From: Kudoa neothunni
Taxonomy: Eukaryota; Animalia; Cnidaria
Direction: 5' to 3'
Assembly (NCBI GenBank): GCA_964304625.1
Contig: OZ199840.1
Span: 3,423,631 to 3,487,630 of the forward strand
Length of the DNA: 64,000 nt
The notes under the pieces are model-generated. The model ran no database searches. It was not told the DNA's origin and worked only from the letters and a program-made list of their open reading frames with translations. The position numbers and the translations under genes were made by a program. Shown piece by piece: positions 52,903 through 64,000 of the stretch; the first letter of the stretch is position 1; each line of letters begins with the position of its first letter.

Positions 52903-55175
52903 TTATGCCGAATTAACTTCAATAACCTGCTCACATTTTATCTGAAACAAGATATTGTATATTTTTATGGGATAGGAATCAAATATTGGATAATCACCTC
53001 CTCGTCGTTAGGGGATTAAATATTTCAATAAAATGAGAAACCTAATCATTAATAGTAACAACTTACTCTTTTGATTAATTCACTATGGGTGTTTGGAATG
53101 ATAAGTGAACCACTTTTGGATCTTTTTGTGATAGCAGGAGTGTTAATGTCTGAGGGTGTTGGTTTTATTTGTCCATAGAATTGGTTAGTGTTTATGGTGG
53201 ATGAGTTGATTTTTATTCTACTATGTTGCGCCATCAGTTGATGGCTTTGACTTTTATCGTAACTGCCAGTGTGTTTGTGCCCAATTTTCCGATATTTTTC
53301 CTGGTTATTTTCCACTTCATCTTCCCATATTGTATCTCGTGCTGAAAATAGTTGTTGTCTAGTTCTAAATAATAACTCATGAAATAATGATAGATATATA
53401 TATATATATATATATAGATCAATAAAGGTTGGGTTGGTATTACTTTTTCTTAGGTGAACTACCACCTGTGCTATCTAAGTAGACTTAATAAAAAAAGAAT
53501 ATAATTTTTCGTATTACTAAAACTCAAAGATCGCGTTAATAATTTATTCGTCACATCATCTTCTTTCGGAGACTTACAGGAAACGGTTGATGATTTTTTG
53601 CTATAGTGACCATTATTAATTAGAAGTGTATCTACATAATTTCTAGTTTTAACGCTCCGAACTGAGTTAATTACTACCACTAATAATAAGTTTCTTTATT
53701 TCCGTTATTTCGTCCATTATTGTATCCATGAGCTCTTGATTTCCATTGTATAGCAGGTGGTAAATTGCATTAATATCATTTTTTATATAGTTGAGTTGAG
53801 TTTGTATATCACCCTGATCCACACTATTTTCATATGCTTCTTCATATTGGGGTTCGTTAATTGTGTCTAATAGCTATATCAGTTTTGTTAATTTTTTAAA
53901 TTTATCCATCAGATCACTTTAATATTTTTAATATCTCCCTTATTTCCTGCTTATTTAATAATTAATTAAACAAAATACACAAGCACAGAACTAATACTTT
54001 GGTAAACACAAGGAACTGATTTTGCTGCGGAAAATGACGATTTCCCACTATAAAAGTGACAAAGCTCACTGTTTACATATTCCGACGTTGATTCAGAATC
54101 TCTATAGTGGAACTAGTAAGCTAATATAATTTTCATATTGAATAACTTTTTAATTTGATCAGATTTGTCAGTAAAATATTCTTCGATGTGACACGATGAT
54201 TCAATTATATATCTCTTAAAATACCAATCAGAATAATCATAATATTATTAGCTATTTGTATTGTTATATATAAATAATGTTACATCCGAACTTCTCTCAT
54301 AGTTATCATCCAAGATGTAGTGGTGTGTTAGGAATGATCCGCGGTGTGAGATGTCGCTCAATTCCAACTGACTTTCAACCTTTTTGCATTAGCCTAGTTA
54401 TCATTCACAATCCGATTCAATTTACCGCCATTTCTTCATCTGGTAGAACGTATAATTGTTCATCTCTGCACATTTTCATGAATTTTGAGCTTGACTACAA
54501 TAATATGTAGTGATTATTAATCGGTAGACATGGATTACGTTTGATGCTAGATTAGTATGAGTTAGCAAAAACAGTCACATAAACGAGTTACATATTGATT
54601 TCCTTTCCGCTGCATTTCGAGGATCATTATGTGTTAAACTCGAGTAAAGTTTGGTTTGAGAGAGTCTTATTACGCTTGATACTACAGTGATTGTGTTATT
54701 GTTGTTGATAATATTGGTTTTCAATTCAAATACCTGGTATAGGTCTAACTTCAAATGATTTTTTGTTTCCTACGTTGGGGTTGTGATATCATATGCAAAA
54801 AACACAAACAACGAGTTACTGAGTGAATAAGTGTTTGAAACATGGACGATTTTCTAAACACAAACCCACATTAGAATAAATCAGAAAACTGTAAGATTTC
54901 AAATGGTATTTTGTTGAAACTTATCTATCGAAAGTAACACCAGTATTGCTTAATATTACTTTTAGTTTCTTTGAATTATTTTTTTCACACTTCATATTCT
55001 TCATACATAGACTGCTTAACGACGATACAAGTCCATCTTCATCACTCAAAAGGTCTGATTCCAACCAATCGATTCCGGTGCCATTGGTTTCATAACACAA
55101 TCCCAAATGATTCAGAACATCAACTGCCCAAATTGGATCGTTTATATCATAATAAACTGATTTTTCGATTCTCAT
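52903..55175 (-). CDS. Orphan family paralog B: S/T/K/N-rich protein with a coiled-coil module, about 15 exons
   Basis: ATG at 55175. Frame-consistent exons include 54681-54592, 54546-54539 (8 nt), 54494-54426, 54379-54284, 54214-54147, 54101-53998, 53946-53918, 53873-~53678 and onward to TAA at 52903-52905. The junction near 54855-54960 is less certain. Confidence 0.7.
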
Positions 55176-56571
55176 GCTAACGTTAGATCAAGGCTACTTA
55201 TTTGATTTGATTTGATTTGATAAAGTATTTTGTTATTAGCTGATACAAATTAGGACCAAAGCTCAATGGAGTCAAATATGTGATTGCTTATCGCAACTTT
55301 TCTAAAGTTTTCCTGCTCTACAGATATTAAAAATATACAATTATAGGAAATATTTTTGAATTAATACAAATAAAAACCCACTCGTTGGAAATCGCTCGGT
55401 AATGTTATAACGCCCTTTAACAACTTTATTGTGTAATTACTATAAAATATTACAGTATTTATTAGAATATAATTTTTAATTAAAACTATGACTTATGATG
55501 CATAAAATTCATTCTGAGGGGTTTCTTGATTATGAATATGTTCCAAATAATTGGATAAAATGCCTTAATTACATTCCAATTAAAACCCAACTAAAGTGGT
55601 ATCTTTTAGTTTTTATAAATCGTCGTAAATGAGATCGACACAAAATTTTGTAAACTAATAATGACCTTTTTATAACAAAACAGTTATAGTGAAAAGATCA
55701 GAAAATATAATTATACCATCGTAATCGTACGAGAATACTTATAGTTAGCTAGCTGCTGGGAATAACAAGTAATTAAATCTGTCATATATAATAGATATTT
55801 TATAAAATAAATTATTTTACGACATATTTCGTTTTTCCAATTTCATGTTATCGATTTCTTTGAATCTCCTCCATGGATTAATTTTGAATGTAAAAATTAT
55901 ATAAAATTTTCCTTATTTATTGTCGTGAATAATTTAATTCTGGTATAAGGTTGAAAAACTATTGTTTTAACCGTACATGTCTCTATTTACATCTCTAATG
56001 CAGGGAATGAGACCATTTGAACTTACAATGAATTTATTTGTACACTTTAAAATAGTACATACGTAGCTAATAATGATTGAAAAATAAGATAGCTTACGTT
56101 ACATACAATTCTGTCTTTGAAAATGGATACAACTAATTGATTTTTCTCTAAGACCACTATTTTCAGTTAAGAGATAAGATAAAGAATTGTTACTGTATTA
56201 TATAAACTTAAGACATTGATTTAAATTAGTATCTAATTTGTAGTTAACTATTTTTAAAACTGTTTACCTTTAATTATGCTTCATTAAAAGCTATAGGTGT
56301 TTGCTCTGCCAAGTAAACTAATAAAATGATTTAACGAAAAATAATTTTTATTTGTTTTTATATTATATACATATGTAATGAGATTAAATATTGTAACATG
56401 ATATTATTTTGTTTTGAATAAATGGAATGATTAACAATATTAAACAGTCTTAAAAAGTGTCGATCTGTATTATAATGATATTAGTTTATCATAATATATT
56501 TATTAGAAAAAACCATAGTTAATTCATTTAAAAGTAACTTAAATAGTTTCATAATAAAATTTTATCTTTCC

Positions 56572-56599
56572 ATATATATATATATATATATATATATAT
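56572..56599. repeat. (TA)n microsatellite (others at ~1937, ~14481, ~53394)
   Basis: Read directly. Confidence 0.9.
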
Positions 56600-56639
56600 G
56601 CTCAAATGGAGCAATATGTCCCTCTATTAAGAATGAAAA

Positions 56640-56683
56640 ATGCGTACACACACGGATTTTTGGTTTGCTTTATATAGTAGAGA
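56640..56683 (-). mobile_element. Helitron 5' end
   Basis: Minus strand A|TCtctactatataaagc...tccgtgtgtgt, similar to 2443-2490. Confidence 0.5.
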
Positions 56684-57313
56684 TTATAATATAATCATTT
56701 CTGATTTAGAGGTTGATTCATAATTCATTACAATTTTTATTATGTGACCTGAATATCAATTCGAACTAATTTTATTGTTAAGACATAATTATCTCTTAGG
56801 TTTGTTGTCATGTAATAATCGATCTCTGTCTGAATGGCCTGAACGTTAATATTCTCTAACGTACATTTACATTCGTCTTTACGTAAATGATCAACAATTA
56901 TTGGTTAAGTTTTTACATTTTACTTTTCATTTTTTTAATTTTTTTATTCGTGGTGATAGTTAACTTAGAGTTTGAAATTATTAAGTGATAGAAAAAATGA
57001 AACTAAAATTACAACAAAATATGTCATAATTAATTATTCGTTATTTTTCCTAAAAAATTAATGCTCCAAAAATAAAGCAATCGATATTGTATTGAAGGTT
57101 AAGAGAAAAACAAAAATAGATTATGTGCAAACGCATTTTCAGATACAAAAAATACACACACATGCAATATTACAAATGTACTAAATAATTTATTTGAAGT
57201 TCGTTCATGTTAAACAATTTTATGTGACAATTTATATACAATAAGTAAATAAATGGAAACTTGATTTATTAAAGTTATAATAATCTTAACAAGAAAATGC
57301 AATATGATATTAA

Positions 57314-58763
57314 TTATTTAGTTTCTGGTTCAGTCTCAACAGTAACCTTGTCTCCATTATTATAATGGTTATTACAGATCGCCAAGCATTCAGTCCCCGA
57401 TTTAAAATTGTTAGAGTTCCCATCATATCCTTTGTAATAAAAAGCTTGGCATTTCTTATTAGGCTTGTCATAATAGAATCTTTTGACTTTGAATTTATTT
57501 TCGTCGCTTTCCCAATAACCCTTTTTTGGTTGAACACATGTTTCTTCGATCACAATTTTCTTTTTATATTTCTCTAAATTTATTCCAAATAGTTTTTAAG
57601 CACAATATAATTATTAAAATTCTTTATAATTTAATTTTTTAACAAGAATTAACGTGAGTACCGGCTCCGCAATAGCTATGACACATTTCCATCGTCGGAA
57701 AATTGTTTTTCTCTGGATCAAAGTCATTACCGCCATTGTTACTTCCTGTTTCCATGCGTTTACAAACCTGTTCCGTTTGGTCATAGTAGTATCGGAACTC
57801 AACATCATTCCCCGGATTATTTGGGTCAGTTACACCATACTGAATTGGATTTCCTTCACACGCAGCTACTTTCCTGTTATATTGCGTTACATCGTTAACA
57901 ATAGTATCCGTACTTGCGTATGCTAAAATATATAAGGCATGAATATAAAAAATAAACATACGAAAACATTTTTTAACACATTCACCAAACGAACCGAAGA
58001 TTCCTCTTGTGTTTGAGTCTAATGACACTGCTGCATAAGCACACTTTCTTTTCGCAGTATCAGCAATAATTGCTGTACTTGGGTCTTTGTCTTTTACATC
58101 AGGTCTATGGTTGCAATCCAATATATTCGGTACTGCAAATTCTGATGGTATTTTCGTATCATCGGCAGTTGTAAGCCCGCCATTCCTTTTATCTACAAAA
58201 TATGATTGAATTCTATAGAAATGTTCATAATTTTTTACTCAAGCAATGTAATTTGCATTCTTTTTCATCATTGTAACGATTAAAGCTCCCACCACATCCA
58301 TTGTATTGAAAAGAAACACATTCGGCTTTTGTTTGATCAAAGTAAAACTGTTGTTGCGTTGATGTGTTTTTTATGCAATGCCCTGGATGCATGGGTTTTT
58401 TGCATCCCTGAAGTTTTTCTTTTGTTGTCAACTGTCCCACTAGAAATGATCATAAATTTTCATTAATTTATAAAAAATACAATGGAGTTCGCATAGTCCT
58501 TTTGATGCGAAATTGTTATAGTTTCCTTTGATTCCTCGGTATTCGAGAGGTTTGCATTTAGCATCTTGGATATCAATGAACCATCGATCGATGACATTGT
58601 CCATACTTCTATTCTCACCTACAGGCCAATCTCCCTCATCCCGATCATAAGAGGGTAATATAGGATCTAACGGATAATCAAAACGGGATGAAACTGTTTA
58701 TTTACCAGACAAAAAATTTGGAAAATATAGCACAAAAAATATCTTTAATAAGAGCAATTTCAT
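57314..58763 (-). CDS. Secreted multi-Kunitz (BPTI-like) protein, five domains
   Basis: Signal-peptide exon 58763-58706, then exons 58666-58481, 58439-58239, 58192-57962, 57922-57662 and 57573-57314; all introns phase 1. Motifs FYFD...C..F.Y.GCGG..NRY...EC...C and RFYYD...C..FYY.G..GN.NNF...C...C. Confidence 0.9.
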
Positions 58764-61700
58764 TTTATGGCAGACAATCAATAACAGAATTGAGACGAAG
58801 ATGGATTATTAAAAGCACAAAAAATTAACTCAATCATTCATTGGATAAATACGATTATAACAAGTTAATTAACATTATTGAATAATCATAGCTGCAATTA
58901 ATATGAATAATTTATTTACTAAATGGTTGGCAAAACATGCAACATTTTTAAATTAAAAATAAGATATAGGCGATCAAATTTGAATGATTGTCCTTATAGT
59001 AATTTCGATTTAATATTTTCGTAAGTGTATAGCCAATGAATGGTAGTCAAATATCCGCATAATTTAACGTTGACCTATTAAAATAAATAAGAAACGGATA
59101 ACAAAACATCACTCGATAATCAAGTCTTCATATGCTTCGATCACGTTACTTTTGATATGTTAAGCTTGCTGTATACAATAAATTCTCAAACTTCATACAC
59201 TAATTCGAGCATTACATCAGCGCTTATTATTTAAATTTTATATTCAGCCTCCATGCACAGAAAAACAACAATTCAGTTCACGTTAATTTAAGTCTGCAAC
59301 CTTTAGAACCTAAATATGTCAGCCCAAATAAATTATAAATTTGTCATATAGAGTATTACATTTTTACATTTCACATTGGATTTTAGCGTTAGGAGGTTTA
59401 TTCTAAATACTATGTAAATCAAACTAACTATTTCCCATTTTCAATATTCTAATGTACCCAAAATTGTTTAAAAGGAAACAATCTAGCCCAACTTTTCATA
59501 GGTATAACTCAAGACAGTGGCTATTCTCATGGAAACGAATAACTCCTCCGTTGTAGGCGATATTTCAAATCTGACTTCATATTTGAATTGAGCTATTTTT
59601 AATCTAAATTTTTATGGAAAAATTGTTTGAAATTTAAAGAATAAAAATTCAACACTTTGTCTGCCCTATTTACACTGTTCACTAGTAGTACATTCACGTT
59701 TTGAGTCTAATATTGTGTAACTTTTAATATTAATTTTATCTTTAAGAATAAAATTTTCTTCATGAATTAATTAAGTCATAGACAAATAAAAAGTAAAAGC
59801 TATATTAAAACAATGTACTGTAAAAAGGACTTGTTGATCATCGTGATGTAAATAAGTAATTACCAAAAAGTTAAATAATTATATTAAACATTTTTCAAAT
59901 AAATTCATCAAACGTGTTGTTATTATTTTTATTATCATTTATTACTATTACTGTGTGGGAAACAACCGTTTTAAAAGTCCGATGATAAATATTTTTCATT
60001 ATTAATCAAATACCTTTTAAATTTAGCAAGAGAAAACCGCTAAAAAAATTAATAAACTAAAACATCATTATTAATTATTGAAAATTATGTTTAATTGTAA
60101 AAATTTTGTATTGTAATTAAAATTGTTTTTAAATACCGAAAAATGCTTATAATTATGAATGATATGTATTAAAAAAAGAATAATATATTGGAATAACTTG
60201 CATGTTTCGGATTTAATTATCATGTTTTTTATTCCACAATTCTAAATCAACATTTTTGAAACCGTTTTTTATAAAACTATATTATTACATTCTACAACTG
60301 TGATAGTATCTAATTGCATCATTGTTAAAAAATTCCAATGAATATAAAGATAAACGATTATATCAGATGAAATCACAAATTTTAAAATTAAATTAAACGT
60401 AACATAACAACTTCATTCTAAATACTCGCGCACCCGTATATGTCGTGATTCTTACGTGTATCTTTTGCGTTTGCGTTTGCTTTTGCTTTTGCTTACCCAA
60501 CCAAACGTTGCTAAATTCAAATCTGTCTATAATTGAATTCACAAAATTAGATTTAGAAGAAAAACTTATCGATAATTAATTCGGAAGAAACAATTTTCTA
60601 ACTACACAAGACTATCAAGCATTGCTCAAATTCTCAATTTTTAAAGTTTTAATAAATCTCACAAGGTGGTTGTATCATTATTAATCAGTTAAACCATGCA
60701 AAACATGAGAAATTATAGAATCTGGTTTTTATTCTTATAAGAACACTCCATCTCTTCGATGTGAAAATTCTCAATATGATGCAAATCACAATGAAAATGA
60801 CCACCTCACGTATGTATGAAAGTATGTATTAAACGCGGGGGAACTGAAGAACGTTATCTCAGAAATACGCTGAACACTTTAACGTAAGACCCAAATGGAT
60901 TGAATGATTTCTGCCCAGTGATGGATAGGATATTTAAAATTGTAAAATATACATAGAAATGTACGTTTATAACAAGTGTCACAAAAAATAAACGTTAATT
61001 AGATTGTTTTAAAGAAAATAATTGAATTTTATTTTTCACGCACGTGCAATCAGATAGATATTGCGCACAGAATATTTATTTAAATTAATATATTGCGAAT
61101 TATCAATAGAGTTAACAAGCTAATTTGAAATACACATTTATTATGACTTTTTTGCATTGAAGTCTAACAAAGATAAAAGCTGGTTGTTGAGGATATCATT
61201 ATGATCCCATTTATTAATTTATTAATATGAAAAAATTCTAAAAATAAATGTCATTATTAAAAGAATATTTTGTTCGCAGTAAATCCCCCTCAAACCGAAA
61301 ATCACGCTATTCGAATTATTTTTAAAAATTTATTTGAAAATGATGTGGATTTTAAATAAAAAAAACTTCGTATAACCGAAACAACTTTTGGATGGAATTT
61401 TCGGATAAAAGAGCCTGGGTCTGGGTAAAATGGCATCTACATTTATTTTTATGATACACATGGTCGTTATTTATTCATTTTAAGATTATATTTAATGAGT
61501 AAAAACAACGTAACATATAACATATATACCATATATTATTTTAGGTTCAAATTGCAGCCATGTTGATAATAAACAGATAAATGTTGGATAAGGACAAATT
61601 TCCTTATATCTTTTTATGGGTAATCTAATATAAAAAAAAATAGAATTTATGGGATTGTATAATCACAATTTGGCAGTAACACTATAAGATAAATTTATCT

Positions 61701-63330
61701 ACAGAGTTGGCTCAATTAAACAATGTTCGTTCGTTCACACGTCTATTTTTCCTCATAACACCACCACTTTTAAGTTCTATTGAGTATTGAGTCGTCACAA
61801 TCATTAATAAATATTAGACTGTTGGAATAAGATATATCTTAATGAAAGAAAAAATTCTAAATATCGTTACGGAAAACTCTGAGAAAATACTTCTCATTGT
61901 TACTTTAATTATTTTCACTCACAATATCCAAATAAGGAAGAAATTATAAAAAATTAACATTGAAAATAGTCCATTTTTTAGATTCTAGAGTGTATCTTTC
62001 GAATATGGCGCACATTGAAGTCAATATCGCTTAGTTTTAAGTGACAATCGACATCATAAAACATACACAAAGCAATAATTAATTATATAATAATTAATAA
62101 TAATAATATTCGACGTGTCCTTCACCCGAATAGAATCAGAATGGGTTGAGACTTATTCTTGCCTCATTTAGAATCGTATGACCCTTTTTTGGTTAATCCT
62201 AATATAATATTGATCAATTTTGTATTCATATTATTTGTTATCCGTTTATTAACCATGTCTACACGAAAGTCTTTCCTAATGAAAGTTGGATTATCATGAG
62301 TTTCAATTGACGCTATTTTTGAAGGAATGCAGGACTAAAGGGATTAATTTGTAAGGTGCATCGATAAATTAAGTTAGATCTGATCGAATACATTTTAATT
62401 TTGGTGAGAAACAAAGTATATATTAATTTATTTCAAATTTCAATGCTATAAATAGTTTAATTTAAAAAAATCAATATCTTTTCAAGAAAAAGTGGGCCGC
62501 AATAGAAAAAATAGTTTGGAAACACGTGTTTAACCGAAAATTCAGTATCCGAAAAGAAAATGCTAGATCCCGACATTTTCGGATAAACGGGGCTCGACTG
62601 TATTTAAAAGGAAGAGGCTATTGTGATGGATCATAATATCCATGTAAAGATAGTTAATTAATTTTGGCCCATCACTACTGCGCCTTGATGTTATAAATAA
62701 TTAAATACAATCGATTCTTAAAAGGACACTCCACACATCAACTATAAATGAGAGTTGTTTAGATTGAAATATGCTGATGCGCACGCACAAATGCTATTAA
62801 GATAAAAATATCTATTGCAATAACCTCTGCCTTTCAAAAATTGAAATATACCTCGCCTAATTTAATATGATATTTTTAGTTAGCGACATAAAATGTAGAT
62901 TCTGTGTGAAATTGGTAAAAAAATAATTCCTCGATCACACGTAATTTTCGTGAGCTTAACATAAACTGTAATAAAGTATATCTGCTTCGTGAACGTCGCT
63001 TTTACTAAAAATCCCCAAAATAATCCCTTTATTGTGTTATAAATTATAACATTTCACAAGTAAAATACGGATGTTTATCGTAAACAAACCCCTAGAATTA
63101 TATAGTCACGTGAGCAGGTTATCTTGATTTGTCGTTTCCTGAAGCCAGTTCAGCAATTTGACGACTTTAACAGCGTTTAAATTGTCCACTTGATTTAGTT
63201 CTATTGTGGATTAGTATATATCTGAATAAATTCGTATTCTTTTGAATAGTCTAATAATATATTGTTAGTTCATTAAAGTTAAATCGGAGATCTATCGAAT
63301 ATTACTGTAATAGGGACTGAAATTTGAAAA

Positions 63331-63709
63331 ATGGCTACCTCAAAAATATTGGAGCAACTAAGAAAGCTGATGAGTGATCCCAAATATTGCCCTGTTAATC
63401 TCAGTGCATACATTGTCCCTTCATCGGACGCTCATAATGTACATTTAATTTGTCGATTATTATTATTAGCAATTATTATTATTATTTTAGAGTGAATATA
63501 CGGCCGATTTTGATAAACGAAGAGAATATTTGAGCAAATTCACCGGCTCCGCAGGTATACAGTAAAATGCGATGTGGAGTTAGTTAGATGTGTACTTCCT
63601 AAAGGCACATGTGTGGTGACAAGTGATAAAGCTCTTTTATGGACGGATGGGAGATATTTTCTTCAAGCGTCCAAAGAATTAGATGAAAATTGGACTCTAA
63701 TGAAATCAT
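63331..63709 (+). CDS. XPNPEP1: Xaa-Pro aminopeptidase 1 (aminopeptidase P), 5' part; continues beyond the window
   Basis: LEQLRKLM...[11 protein letters not shown]|SEY.....[11 protein letters not shown]|[28 protein letters not shown]; three exons visible. Confidence 0.9.
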
Positions 63710-63820
63710 GTGATTTTTTGATTGTAGCATTAATGGCACACATGTTGAAATGCTATGTATTAGATTAATAACTAAAATATTTAAATGAATTATAATAAGC
63801 TAGTTGCAAAAATGTCTCAA

Positions 63821-63880
63821 TTAACCCTCGAATACCTGGCAAAAAAGTTACGCGAATGCTTGAAGGGGACAGCTGTGGTC
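63821..63880 (+). mobile_element. piggyBac-like element end within an XPNPEP1 intron
   Basis: ttaaccctcgaatacctgg, the same end as at 1420. Confidence 0.5.
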
Positions 63881-64000
63881 CTATGCAATTTAATTGTAAC
63901 ATAATTATATTTGAAACTATATGACTATAAAGATAAATAAAACAATAGAACAGCTTGGTTTTAAGTTAAAAAAAGAGAAAAAAATTAATTTAAACCATTA

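Noticed and set aside
6461-58763. Frameshifts or stop codons between adjacent ORFs suggesting pseudogenes, recoding or an alternative genetic code
   Set aside because: Nearly all breaks are resolved by short GT-AG introns; genes end in ordinary TAA or TGA.
15507-58763. Functional secretion/protease-inhibitor gene cluster (carboxypeptidase, Munc18, serpin, Kunitz)
   Set aside because: The genes are interspersed with unrelated housekeeping genes on both strands, with no sign of co-regulation.
88-63768. Most 60-90 aa ORFs in the track (e.g. 3495-3689, 9476-9694, 24360-24560, 28728-28919, 44121-44678)
   Set aside because: They are antisense or alternate-frame shadows of real exons, or chance ORFs in AT-rich and TE-derived DNA, with no motifs.

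Overview
AT-rich eukaryotic (animal-type) genomic DNA in the standard genetic code. Genes are split by many very short GT-AG introns (mostly about 39-70 nt) and separated by decayed transposons (Helitron, hAT, piggyBac, IS630/Tc1, tRNA-derived SINEs, retroelement fossils). Divergent proteins, tiny introns and a divergent serpin suggest a reduced parasitic animal such as a myxozoan cnidarian; this is inference, not proven. I spliced 11 genes by hand: TRM6, an M14B carboxypeptidase (D/E-like), Munc18/STXBP1, a probably non-inhibitory serpin, SDHD, LSM14, a mucolipin/TRPML channel, two orphan genes, a secreted five-Kunitz-domain protein and the 5' part of XPNPEP1. The main finding is that the two orphans (about 43.6-46.6 kb and 52.9-55.2 kb, both minus strand, fragmented in the ORF track) are paralogs of a family I do not recognise. 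They share an N-terminal D-x-x-W...C...L-x-S-D block, a coiled-coil module, a run of identical intron phases and a 104-nt exon. Also notable: very degenerate 5' splice sites, a predicted 8-nt microexon, a Kunitz array with systematic disulfide loss, and a duplicated basic tail on the carboxypeptidase.
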